Notes under the pieces: model-generated
Told to the model about the DNA's origin: nothing
Seen by the model: the letters and a program-made list of their open reading frames with translations, nothing else
Databases searched by the model: none
Program-made: the position numbers and the translations under genes
Source: Octopus bimaculoides
Lineage: Eukaryota
Assembly: GCF_001194135.2 (NCBI RefSeq)
Contig: NC_069004.1
Span: 34,998,235-35,048,087 of the forward strand
Reading direction: 5' to 3'
DNA: 49,853 bases
Shown here: one piece after another, positions 11,745 to 24,205 of the stretch
Layout: every line of letters begins with the position of its first letter
Numbering within the stretch: the first letter of the stretch is position 1

Positions 11745-12033
11745 TCCTAGTTAATTTAATAAGCGTCGCAGGTGGACAGTCGAAATAAATATACTAAATC
11801 GTTTCACTTTTATAAAAGGATTAAAAAAGCATAGAATACCCTACATAAAAAAATAGCTATGTCCATTTACGCGGAAGCTCTAAGCAAAATTTTATAGTGC
11901 ATGACTATCCTAGGGACATAAGTTATGTGTGTGTAAAGTTTGGTGAAAATCAATTGAGAATTGTGGAACTGTATGCGTTAGCCAATACACACACACACAC
12001 ACACACACACACTGTGCTCTATATATACTAGAT
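11745..12033 (-). mobile_element. Non-autonomous Helitron-like element (Lep1/DINE-like) carrying an internal (CA)n
   Basis: Plus-strand order 'aaaaaatagctatgtcc...aagtttggtgaaaatcaattgagaattgtgga...(CA)n...ctctatatatactagat' mirrors insect Lep1-type elements as I recall them. The minus strand begins A|TC at 12033-12031. The left end is uncertain (ctag at 11747-11750). Confidence 0.5.
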
Positions 12034-12806
12034 ATTGTTTTTTTCTCTACAAAAAAAAAATTGCACTAAATCAAAATTCTGTTCTCAAATAACTGACGCA
12101 CCCTGCATACACGTATGCACACACATGTGTGTGTAGAGACACATACATATATACACACACACACCGTATATTGTGACACAGAAGTAATCTTATTTTGAAA
12201 CTGGAAGAAGGTTTAACTAAATCCTCGGCCATTAATAAAATATAGTTCAGTCTTAATTAAAACCTATTCAAAATCAATCGATAAATGAAAATAGTCGATT
12301 TTTTTTGTAGTTTGAATTATCACAGCATTAACTCCCTGATGCAGCAGCAGCAGTAGTAGTAGTAGTGGCAAAATTTTCTCGGGCACCAAATGAACAGAAA
12401 ATAACACGAGAGTGGGGTGGTGGTGCAAGTACTGAATATCGACGTCAAAGTAGGTCATTTCATAGTTCCGACCGAACACCAGAGAAAAGAAATGCTATTG
12501 TCACCAAGGAATATAATGAAGGTTCTTTATCATTTACCATTATTGGCATTAGTGGGTCACAGCCAATACATGATGCTGCTAAAAACGATGGGAAACATGG
12601 AAAATAGAAGAGAGACAATAAGAAGAGAGAAAGTCTTTCAATGCTGTCCTTAGATTTCTTCATGATGTGAAGAAAAGATTTTAGTCTGGTAATGGCGTTG
12701 GTTTGTGCGATATGAAACGTAGCTGAAAAGCTAAAACCACCAGGGAGGCGCCTGCAAGGTGTGTATATGTATAGCGTGTATATTGCTTATGTGTGTATGT
12801 GAACGA

Positions 12807-12842
<36 letters not shown>

Positions 12843-13352
12843 GCGTGCGTGCATGTTTCCAAACACATCTGCTTACCGTTGTGTTTACAATCTCACACAT
12901 AGATACATATGTATCTACAAAAGATATGCAAGGCAGATATCGCTTGAAAGTCTCCAGGAACAGAACGAAAATGTACAGGTTGTGAAAGAGGAAGCGTCTG
13001 TGAATAAACGATTGTGTTGAAAGGAATGTTTCAAGTAGCACACAAGATATTCTCGATGCTAACCATTTCTGTTCATAGCAAGAATCTCTCTAGAAGAGAC
13101 AATGAAACAACCAGCTGTCAGTTTCTAGTTGAACTTACACGACAAGTAGATGTAGGTCACACAGGACGACAGATTTCACCAGCATCTGCTAACCTATGTG
13201 CGTCTTTCGTATTCGTGCATGTGTGTGTGTGTCTGAGTGATCGTTTATGTATGTAAATACGTACATACATACATATATACGCACATTCACAAATTTTCAT
13301 TTCTCTTATTTACTTTACTCTCATCACACATACAGACACAAATACGTGCATC

Positions 13353-13370
<18 letters not shown>

Positions 13371-13434
<64 letters not shown>
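13371..13434. repeat. (TA)n microsatellite preceded by (TG)n
   Basis: Read directly from the sequence. Confidence 0.95.
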
Positions 13435-13438
<4 letters not shown>

Positions 13439-15482
13439 GTAGATAATGCCCCCAAACACATACACATATATTTACATATACACATTTGCACGCAATTACA
13501 CTCCTTTCTCCAACTGTATGTGCGTGTGTGTGTGTGTAAAGACAAAGAGGGAGAAATATCCTGTGTGTATATATGGTTAACACGTATAGACATGTGTGCG
13601 TGTTTATATGCATATAGACACACATGCATATATGTGTGGGACCAGAGAGGGGGAGGCGAGAAAGACGAAGACAATGAACTGTCCACAGTGAGAGTAGTCC
13701 ATTGTCCAGACGAACATATCGTTCGCTCGCCCCAGGAAAAAATTGTACAATATCTTTCTCTTTAAAACTTGATGACCAGAAACGTTAGCCACTACTCCTA
13801 CTAAAAAGGTGAGGATGCACATCATAGCACTGGCAATAGAGGTGTAAGCATTATCAGCGATGGCGTTACCAGGTCATGGGCCAAAGTATGAATGTACAAG
13901 TTGTCTCCCCTTTGTGACTTTATTTACCAATTATATTCGTTTTATATACGAGAGACACCTGATATATTAGCAACACTTCATGGAATACGCTGGTCTACAA
14001 CTACAGTGGATATCACACTGAAATATGTGGCTACCTGTCCAGGGAATTCCTAACTCAAATATTATACAGCGCGGTTTAAACTAAGACAGTGTGTGTGCGT
14101 GTATGTGTGTTAAAACAATGACGTGTACACACGAGCGCGTATATATATGTGTGTACGTGTACATATGCTAAACGTGAGTCTATATGCATGGATATATACA
14201 TGTATGCGTATATATATAAATATATTTATATATACACGTGTGAGTGTAGAAATGTGTGTGCGTACATATATATCTATCTATCTATCTATATATATATATA
14301 TAGGCACACATACATAGGGTATGTATATGCTAACAGAAATATATTTGCATATACAAAACTACCAGCATATAAATACAGACGCGCATTCATATAGATGTAT
14401 ATATTTATGCATACATATGCCTACATGAATATATACGTTTATGCGTTTAAATTATGTACGTAAATACACACACAGACACACACATAAATATATGTACATG
14501 AAAATATATATAAATGAAAAAAATGTATATATACTTTTATAGATATATAGTACTATAATACTGGTATGTACACTTTTAAAAACGGACAGCACAACACGCA
14601 TACTGTCATAAACATTCTCTCGCATAATCATACATATATACATACGCAAGCATATACATCTAGCTAAATAATCGCCCCCCCCCCACACACACACATAAGA
14701 CACGAAATATTTTTTCTCTTCCACCTCCTAACATCTATTTCACATGATAAACTTCCCTCGCTTAACACCTAGACCGCTAACGATATTACGATGGAATAAT
14801 AATAATAATAATAATTACAATAATAATAGTAATAATAATAATGTAAAGAGAATACTAAATGGGGAAAAAAATAAGAATATCTTAAAAATACGATAAATAA
14901 TAAAATACGGTGTGAGATATTGAATAATATACCACTCCAACAATCGGTATTACAACATCTCAAAGGAAATCAAGATGGCGGATATTTTCTTTTTTTTCTC
15001 TTTTCCTTCTCTATGTCAAGTGCTTCCGGTAGTATTGCGTGCGAACACGTAGGTAGATTTCGATGTTAAGAAAGATATGTATTGATATGGCGAATGTAAA
15101 AACGTACTGTGATGTGTCCTACGCTGTTGTATTAGCGTGCGGTGCGTTGTGTTGTGTTGTGTTGGTGTGGTGCGATTTAAGCATGCGATTAGTTTGATAA
15201 TTTGTGGTCAATTTTTAGACCTACTGGACATCCATTTCGTTTCTATTGTTCTTGTTTATATTGGTTATCGTTTTGTTTCTGTAGTTATTCGTCTTTTTGT
15301 GTTTTCGTTTCAATTGTTTGCGTTTATTATTTTTATTTCCTTGCAACGCTTCTGTTTCGTTTCATCCCGTTTTCTGTCTTCTGTCTTATCTTTTCTTCTT
15401 CTTCTTCTTCTTGTTATTACTGCAGTTGTTGCAGTTGATCACATCAGTGATATTGTCCTTTGTTGTTATCGATCTCCCCAAG

Positions 15483-15668
15483 GCCGATCAAATATGTACC
15501 AGTCACAGCGAACTTCACCTTATTCAGAATTTTCTGGACTTGTGCCAATGCAACAAACCACCACCACCCTCATCTCCATCAACACCGCCAACATCATTTA
15601 TTCCTCATCATCGCCACCATCATCCAGAAAAGCATTATCAGAGCCGTCCATATTATTATCAAGATTAG
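15483..15668 (+). CDS. Weak candidate terminal coding exon, unknown protein
   Basis: AG at 15481-15482 after a pyrimidine-rich stretch. The open frame reads ADQICTSHSELHLIQNFLDLCQCNKPPPP...HHRHHHPEKHYQSRPYYYQD*. No recognisable homology. Confidence 0.2.
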   Translation, partial: ADQICTSHSELHLIQNFLDLCQCNKPPPPSSPSTPPTSFIPHHRHHHPEKHYQSRPYYYQD

Positions 15669-15689
15669 AAGAGTATTGCCACATTTGAG

Positions 15690-15914
15690 AAAACCGTCTT
15701 ACACTATTTGTTCTGACTCTTTTACGTTGTGAGTTCAAATCTCACCAAAGTTACCTTTGCCTTTTCATCCTTCAAGAGTCAAGCAGAATACCAGTAATCC
15801 TTTCGGGATCGATAAATTAAGTACCAACTGCGTACTGGGATCGATCTAATCGACTGGCCCCAACCCAAAACATTTCGGGCCTAGTGCCTAGAGTAGAAAA
15901 GATTATTATTATTA
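15690..15914 (+). mobile_element. SINE family A with (ATT)n tail
   Basis: B box 'gagttcaaatctc', 'tttgccttttcatcc', 'tcgggatcgataaattaagtacca', ending 'agaaaagattattattatta'. Confidence 0.8.
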
Positions 15915-15915
15915 T

Positions 15916-16006
15916 GAAAGTAGCAAGCTGGTAGATTCGTTAGCACGCCGGGCGAAATGCTTAGTGGTATTTCGTTTGTCTTTACGTTCTGAGTTCAAAT
16001 TCCAGT
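15916..16006 (+). mobile_element. SINE family A head, truncated
   Basis: 'agcaagctggtagattcgttagcacgccgggcgaaatgcttagtggtatttcg...gagttcaaattcc'. Confidence 0.8.
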
Positions 16007-16182
16007 TGACTACTGCGGTCAATGGTTTGAACAACGAACATGATACCATGAAGCACTTAGAGGCCTCCTGAGTTCAAGCCCGGACGATGTCAGCCTTGTT
16101 AATAAAAAATACTGAGGGTTGATATCATCCACTGCTCTCATCTCAACAGATTCTTTTTCTCGTGTGTTACAAACATTATAAC

Positions 16183-16390
16183 GAAGGCGACAAGTTCGCA
16201 GAATCGGCAACGCAGCCTGGAGTAAGCGCAACAACAGTTCTGCTCTTTACATTCCGAGTTCAAATTTTGCCGAGGCTGACTTTCCTTTCATCCTTTCGAT
16301 GTCGATTAAATACTAACAGAGCTCTCAGGTCAATTGAATCGACTCTCTCCCACTCTTAAATTTGCTGACCGTGTACCAAAACTTAAAACC
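16183..16390 (+). mobile_element. SINE family A, diverged
   Basis: 'aaggcgacaagttcgcagaatcg...gagttcaaattttgccgaggctgactttcctttcatcctttcgatgtcgat'. Confidence 0.75.
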
Positions 16391-18346
16391 ATTTTCATTA
16401 TTATCAAGAGAGTCAATTGGTCATTTTGTAAAGGAATCTGTAGAGACAAGAACAAAGGATGACATTGGCACCTTGTTTTTAAATGGTGTTTATATTTCAT
16501 TTTATCAGCTTCACTATGTTTGAAATGCAAAGTTGACATCATCCTGATTCGAACTCAGGAGGCTCGCAGTTAAATACTTTATGTCTAAACAATTCTGGCA
16601 GTTCACTACCCATAGCTAACGATTATACTAATGGTTAGGTTTGGGTCTAGATAATTATGATAGCATGACACTATGTATCTATCAAAATTGTTGAGGGTGA
16701 GAGTTTGAGTTGCCATTAAACAGGATCTGAAATTCCAACTCTGAGTCAGAATAGGAAAGGTAACGCCGCATGCTAACTGATGCTCATTAAAGATCATCTG
16801 GATAATAACCCCATAACGTGCATTTCAAAGTACTATATTGTTATCGGTTGTTAAAGTATTATGTATACAATAATATGAGCTGGAAATTCAGCAACTTAAA
16901 GCTGTTACAAATACACAGAAACAATTGTTGCGATTTGTGATTAAAGTCTGTTCATTCCATCTTGTTATATATATATTGATTCACATGCATACACTTACGC
17001 ATATTGCATTATATCGTATGACAGCGTGTATACAATAAGACCAACGAAAACCAACTTCCTCTTAAACACAAAAGATAAATTGAAGAATAACAATAATTAC
17101 TACCACAGCAATAGCATCATCAGGAAACAAACCAATAAGACATTAAGACTAGAATTATTTCTCAACGTAATCCAGCAGCTGGCATCTTAATCATGTTTTC
17201 TAGTCTGTGTAGACTTGGAAGCCTTCAAGTAGCTCTTCACTGAAACCTCAACAAGAACCCGGGGAAACGAAGCTGACTCAAGACTAATTTCGTCAGAGAG
17301 GAAAGGACAATGAGCCTCGATTTGAGCAGCTTTGCTCGCTGCTCCCTCTAGTGGGCGAGTGGACGTGCGTCCACGTCGCCGTCCATACATATACAGCAGT
17401 CTACATACATTTACAACCATATACACACTCATATAATTGCATGCATGCATGCATGCATGCATATATNNNNNNNNNNNNNNNNNNNNNNNNNNNNNNNNNN
17501 NNNNNNNNNNNNNNNNNNNNNNNNNNNNNNNNNNNNNNNNNNNNNNNNNNNNNNNNNNNNNNNNNNNNNNNNNNNNNNNNNNNNNNNNNNNNNNNNNNNN
17601 NNNNNNNNNNNNNNNNNNNNNNNNNNNNNNNNNNNNNNNNNNNNNNNNNNNNNNNNNNNNNNNNNNNNNNNNNNNNNNNNNNNNNNNNNNNNNNNNNNNN
17701 NNNNNNNNNNNNNNNNNNNNNNNNNNNNNNNNNNNNNNNNNNNNNNNNNNNNNNNNNNNNNNNNNNNNNNNNNNNNNNNNNNNNNNNNNNNNNNNNNNNN
17801 NNNNNNNNNNNNNNNNNNNNNNNNNNNNNNNNNNNNNNNNNNNNNNNNGAGGGAGGGAGGGAGGGAGAGATTTACTGTCTCTGTGTGCGCAAGCGCATAT
17901 GGTAAGAACATGTGCGTATGCTCCTTTTTTTATGACTCTTGGGCCAACCAATGTACTTTTTCCTGCATATCTGTGTTACATACTTAAACGCAACACACAC
18001 AACCATTCATTCATACATCACGTTTCATACGTCAAACCATCTGTTTAGCCACACACACACACACACTGTCCGCATCTTATCACATTGCCAGGAATTTCCC
18101 AAAATACTGGATTACTTGATGTTTTTGTTTGTCCTTTCCATGCTTTCCGTTATTGCATTCTCAAGAACCCCACTGGGAGCATTTGTACTCTAATTGCAGA
18201 GATAATCATTTAATTGAGGTTTTCCAACATAATGTAAGATTTTGGGGTTACCAATGAGTACACGTTGCACATATACACATATTTACACGTTCATGTATAT
18301 GCGTGAGTGTTTATGCATTGTATACAAAAGTATACGCATAAGTACT

Positions 18347-18385
<39 letters not shown>

Positions 18386-19879
18386 NNNNNNNNNNNNNNN
18401 NNNNNNNNNNNNNNNNNNNNNNNNNNNNNNNNNNNNNNNNNNNNNNNNNNNNNNNNNNNNNNNNNNNNNNNNNNNNNNNNNNNNNNNNNNNNNNNNNNNN
18501 NNNNNNNNNNNNNNNNNNNNNNNNNNNNNNNNNNNNNNNNNNNNNNNNNNNNNNNNNNNNNNNNNNNNNNNNNNNNNNNNNNNNNNNNNNNNNNNNNNNN
18601 NNNNNNNNNNNNNNNNNNNNNNNNNNNNNNNNNNNNNNNNNNNNNNNNNNNNNNNNNNNNNNNNNNNNNNNNNNNNNNNNNNNNNNNNNNNNNNNNNNNN
18701 NNNNNNNNNNNNNNNNNNNNNNNNNNNNNNNNNNNNNNNNNNNNNNNNNNNNNNNNNNNNNNNNNNNNNNNNNNNNNNNNNNNNNNNNNNNNNNNNNNNN
18801 NNNNNNNNNNNNNNNNNNNNNNNNNNNNNNNNNNNNNNNNNNNNNNNNNNNNNNNNNNNNNNNNNNNNNNNNNNNNNNNNNNNNNNNNNNNTATATATAT
18901 TTATATGGCAGACCGGCACATACACACATACACATGTTAGTCTGTATCTGTTAGTCCATATCTTTATATGAATGTGAAGTCCGGAGCCTCCCTGTATAAC
19001 GTATTTCCGTATTTTGTATTAGGTGCCCGCATATTTCTTTTATCCAGGAACCCACACGCCATCCACCCCACCCCACAACCAGCACCTCCTCACCACCATC
19101 GCCACAACCAGCACCTCCTCACCACCATCGCCACCACCACCAGTGAGAAACTGGAGTGGCAGTATGATTACAAGTTGAGTGAACTCGAAATGGACGGAGG
19201 GAAAAACAACAAAAGAAAACAAAATGGTACTAAAAAGAAAAAAAAACAACCAACAAAGGCATAAACAAACAAAGAGCCGAACGGACAAATAGTAAAATAA
19301 CTATATAACACACAACACAACACAAAGACGATTTATTATGAGATGAGAGATTGCGATGGCCACCATATTGAATCTCTCAAAATACTCGGTTCCTCAAGAC
19401 ACGTTTCTTTATAACATCTGAAGCTCGTTTCTTTCTTGTTAAGTATGTTTCATATATATATATATATGTTTGTGTGTGTGTGTGTTGTAAATATATATAT
19501 GTTCACGCACACACAAATGCGTGTATATATTGTCTTACTTGAAGTGAGTTACTGTGGTGTTGCTGTTGCTTTATTTAACGTCTTTTATCCTCATTGTGTT
19601 TCCCGCCTCTTTACACATCAGTGAATACGAAACAACGGACAAGTATTTATTATTGCTGCCTTTTTTTTTTTTTGTTCTTATTGAGTTATTTTTTTGTCTG
19701 AAGTAGCAGGGAAAATGTGAAATATATATATATATATATATGGTCACACACACACACGTATATTTATTTACATAAACGCATATACATTTATAAATGAATA
19801 TATAAATACACGTATAAAGACGTGTGCACACATATATACATTTACATACACATATACACGCACATATAAACGTAGGTAT

Positions 19880-20050
19880 GTTGTCATGGCTGTGTGGTTA
19901 AAAGGTTTTCTCGCTGCCATGTTGTGGGTGGAGTGCCAGTATGAACAACCTTAGGCAAATCTCTTCTACCCTGGTCCTGGCTGTCCAATTCTTTGTAGAG
20001 GATATTTGGTAAACAGAAACAGTACAGAACACCGTGGTGTGTGTGTGTGT
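19880..20050 (+). mobile_element. SINE family C (CORE-like), degenerate
   Basis: 'catggctgtgtggttaaaagg...aaccttaggcaaatctcttctac...atttggtaaacagaaac...(GT)n' matches 26462-26625. Confidence 0.65.
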
Positions 20051-20096
20051 GCGCGCCCCTCGGCGATATGCAATTTGTGATGGTTTATTTACGTAG

Positions 20097-20150
20097 AAAA
20101 TAACCTGGTTGTTTGGCACAGAGAACTCGACAGAGTATATGCCAGACAAT
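20097..20150 (+). CDS. Weak candidate 54-nt internal exon
   Basis: Acceptor 'tttatttacgtag|' and donor 'aat|gtaagt'. Length is a multiple of 3 and two frames are open (KITWLFGTENSTEYMPDN or NNLVVWHRELDRVYARQ). Confidence 0.2.
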
Positions 20151-21228
20151 GTAAGTAATAGGACCTCATAAAAAACATGAATTCGTGTTTGTATGTGCAA
20201 GAGAGTATTTGTATTAAGATGCAGCCATGCTTTTGCCAGAAAACTCGAAACCAATATGGCCAACGGGGACAAACAGATCTAAAACAGCTTCAAGACAATG
20301 GGGGCAGGTAAAACGTAGAGAAGGTTCTCGATTACAGGAGGAAGAATTGGTGGGTTTATATCTAGGACTGGTGACGTGGATGCATTATTGTGAGTGGAAA
20401 TGGTGAAAAAATTTGGGTCATACATGCCAAAGAATAAGTAGCGCCACACAATCTTCGTGTTACAGTGGTTATTCAAGAAGTGGTAGAACATAGTGTTTGT
20501 GAGAAATGTTCGAATGATACCATGCCAATCAAAAGAGGGGGCTCGTCTTTAGATACAGTCTAAGATATCTCGGGGTGTGTAACAACAACGAAGTCTTCTA
20601 TGCGGGAGCGGTACAACTCTGCGCCTGTTTGTTGAGACCTTGTAGCGGGAGAAAAAATTGTGGTTCTTGTGTGAGGGGTGTAGAGAATTAATAGCTGTTG
20701 GGGTGGGGGATGAAGAATCTACTGATTCTACAGCTGAAGAATATCCGGCATATTGTGATGTAGTCTTTGATGTAGTCTTTGAGGAAATTGGTGTGTGATT
20801 TCCAGCAGAAAGAGCCAGTAATGTAGAAGACAAGCAATTGAAGTAGTGGTTCTAATATATATTGAACACACAGACATACAGAAGCATGTGTATGTATGTA
20901 TGTATGTATATATANNNNNNNNNNNNNNNNNNNNNNNNNNNNNNNNNNNNNNNNNNNNNNNNNNNNNNNNNNNNNNNNNNNNNNNNNNNNNNNNNNNNNN
21001 NNNNNNNNNNNNNNNNNNNNNNNNNNNNNNNNNNNNNNNNNNNNNNNNNNNNNNNNNNNNNNNNNNNNNNNNNNNNNNNNNNNNNNNNNNNNNNNNNNNN
21101 NNNNNNNNNNNNNNNNNNNNNNNNNNNNNNNNNNNNNNNNNNNNNNNNNNNNNNNNNNNNNNNNNNNNNNNNNNNNNNNNNNNNNNNNNNNNNNNNNNNN
21201 NNNNNNNNNNNNNNNNNNNNNNNNNNNN

Positions 21229-21275
<47 letters not shown>

Positions 21276-21370
21276 TATATGTATGTAAAATCTAGATATA
21301 TAGATGTTGATAGTGTGAGTATATACATATATACACAAACCACATGTATGTAAATATAGATAAAGAGATG

Positions 21371-21401
<31 letters not shown>

Positions 21402-21440
21402 GCTCACACACACACACATGCAACAGATAAGAGACACAAT

Positions 21441-21478
<38 letters not shown>

Positions 21479-22032
21479 AAAATTGCTGTTATGAACAATA
21501 AAGTTTTTATCAAAGCTGTGCCGAGGGCTTCGTAATAATATTAGTAGAAATGAGAGCCTCGGTGATGGTGACTGTTGTGATGATGATGATCGATGTGGTG
21601 GTTGCAGCCATCTTTGTTGTGACTGTTGTTATCAATACTATATTTTTATCGTCACCAAATTACAAGTTTATGTTTTTCTTTGCGCAGTTCTGATAATTGT
21701 TGGTGGAGTTGTGGTTGGTGTCAGCAATTTCGTCCTTGTTAATATTCCTGGCGCTGTTGTTTTTTTTTTTTTGCTGTTGTTGTTATTCCCGGTGCTTTTA
21801 GAGTAATTTTAAATTCGGTCGATTTCTCTAAGCTGTCTTGGTTATTGTTTCTACTCTTGATGATTTTATTGGTTTCCTTCTTGTTATTGCTTGTTTCTGA
21901 TGCGAATTTCAACGCCTTTCCCATCACAAACACAATCTCAAACGCACTTTTCTACGCCATTTTGTTTTTCTTCTACACACGTAAAATTTACGCTTTTTTG
22001 CGTTCCATCACACAAAAAATTACTCCTCAGCC

Positions 22033-22064
<32 letters not shown>

Positions 22065-22814
22065 NNNNNNNNNNNNNNNNNNNNNNNNNNNNNNNNNNNN
22101 NNNNNNNNNNNNNNNNNNNNNNNNNNNNNNNNNNNNNNNNNNNNNNNNNNNNNNNNNNNNNNNNNNNNNNNNNNNNNNNNNNNNNNNNNNNNNNNNNNNN
22201 NNNNNNNNNNNNNNNNNNNNNNNNNNNNNNNNNNNNNNNNNNNNNNNNNNNNNNNNNNNNNNNNNNNNNNNNNNNNNNNNNNNNNNNNNNNNNNNNNNNN
22301 NNNNNNNNNNNNNNNNNNNNNNNNNNNNNNNNNNNNNNNNNNNNNNNNNNNNNNNNNNNCACCGAACTCTGCATCCGTCGCCATCAGCATTTTCATTAAA
22401 CACACACACACACACACACACACACTTGTATACATATAGCCAAGAGGCTTAAAGAAACCCACAGCTGTTACAGACTGCCGATCAACAAGAATATGGTTGA
22501 CCGACATATCTTTGGGATCTAAGGTCGCTTCTATACCGACACAATTGCCATTCAATTGTAGGATATCGGTGAGAATGCAACCCTGTCGAGAGAGATTTAT
22601 ACGTCAATACATACAGGAAAATACACATACACACACACATACAAGAGAGAGAGAGAGAGAGGGGGGGTAGAGAGGGAGGCGTGTGTATGTGCGAGACTGA
22701 ACATAAAATATTCGTAAGTATATACAAAGTTTCCATCTGTGTATGTATGCATGTATATATCATAAGTAACAAAGTGCCTTAAGGACCGAGAGTTTCGTGC
22801 GTTAGCGCACTAAG

Positions 22815-22859
<45 letters not shown>

Positions 22860-23259
22860 TAGAGAGAGAGAGAAAGAGAGAGAGAGAGANNNNNNNNNNA
22901 AGAGAGAAAGAGAGAGAGAAAGAGAGATAGAGAAAGAGAGAGAGAAAGAGAGAAAGAGAGACAGAAAGAGAGAGAGAAAGAGAGAGATGGAGGTGGAAAT
23001 AGCACAGAAGTGAGTCTAAGACTCAATTTAAGAGGGAATTTAATAAAAATGATTTTAAATATTTTTATATAAAGAAAATATTAGCGATTTCGATGAATCT
23101 CGTCTTATCAAATAATAAAATTTATAAAAAGTTGAAGTAAAAACAGTTTATCTTCTGTCTGGGGGTCAAGAACATGTCTTGACCTCTCAATACATTCATC
23201 ACTGCTATATACGTGAGCGTGTATGTATTGACTTTAGAGTTCGGTCCTCTTTAGACCCA

Positions 23260-24200
23260 TTCTTTCTGAGTCAGTCTCTCTTTCCTAGAAGCTGAACTTC
23301 CGACATCGTCTTCCATCGAATGTTCTATTTGCTATTCCTCAAATTAAACTTGTGTCTTTAGCAGTCTTTGGAATCCACTTCTGATGCTGTCTACTACTCC
23401 TGGGGTTTGTGGAGTCGTGGCGAAGGACCGTCGCTACGTTGTCACATTCTGACCTTTTTATTACATGGTCAAGCCATTTCAGTTGCTTCCTGCTCAAAAC
23501 CTCGCTAAGGCGGTACCACATGTGTAGACCTTTTCTTGTAGAGGAATATCTATGTCTGTCTTTTCATGGTTCTGTTAGTATGAACCCTAATCCCGTCATT
23601 CAGAAGACATCCAAGTATACAGATTCCATGTTCTAACCTTCCGTTTCTCTAATGTTTGCCAAGGGGCGGAGGAAATGAGAACATTTATTCTATTAACTTT
23701 CAATCGCGTTTCTTAGTCTTCCGAACACTTCTGCCTCATTTCCAACTATACTTCCAAGAATCTCAAATTTCTATGAAGTATTCAGCTTTAGGACAGCCCT
23801 CTGTAGTCAATACTTTGGCTGGTGACAAGACCTGGCACTTCGCACTATTTATTATCATATCTCGAGTAGAAATTTTGGAAAATTCTTGCTTCTTGGGATT
23901 ATATTCTCAACTAACTTTCAAATAGTACTGTAGATGTTCCCAAATGATAGGTACCTCATCTAGAAACGAACATAGTTTCCATAAACCAAACAAATAGAAA
24001 ACCAGGAATAACTGGGGGTAAGTTCTTTAAGTTTTACGTTTCGAGGAAAAACGCATGAAGAATTACCATTATCAAAATTGCCCTCATTTTCAAGAAATCT
24101 GATAAGAACCGCATGAAATTTAGTTGTTTCTCCTGGCAAATCAAGCAAAAATGCAGAAGCTCCTTATATGGTGTTGGCGCTGTTTGAGATGTCACTACTG
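23260..24200 (-). mobile_element. Decayed non-LTR retrotransposon (RTE-like LINE): reverse transcriptase and C-terminal region
   Basis: Colinear degenerate RT blocks on the minus strand: 'LPGETTKFHAVLIRFLENEGNFDNGNSSCVFPRNVKLKELTPSYSWFSICL' (domain 4-like), 'MIINSAKCQVL' (GLxINxxK-like), 'FEILGSIV...EVFGRLRNA' (FxYLGS-like), and 'SEVLSRKQLKWLDHVIKRSE...SRQHQKWIPKTAKD' (RLRWxGHVxR...GRPxxxW-like). Stops and frameshifts present; no catalytic YADD recognisable. Confidence 0.75.
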
Positions 24201-24205
24201 GTGTA

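Noticed and set aside
12332-12653. Two overlapping open plus-strand frames in fairly complex sequence
   Set aside because: No recognisable motif, and the nearby acceptors (12310, 12325) lead into stops in all frames.
14971-15030. YY1 consensus CAAGATGGCGG with a nearby ETS CTTCCGG
   Set aside because: AANATGGCG-type matches occur at least six times in the window (about 8432, 14972, 21955, 32643, 35287, 49117), so a lone pair is weak evidence. The ATG opens only 25 codons.
17190-17300. 'VDLEAFK*LFTETSTRTRGN' resembling the CR1 LINE C-terminal TRGH motif
   Set aside because: Too short, interrupted by a stop, and no flanking CR1 motifs are visible.
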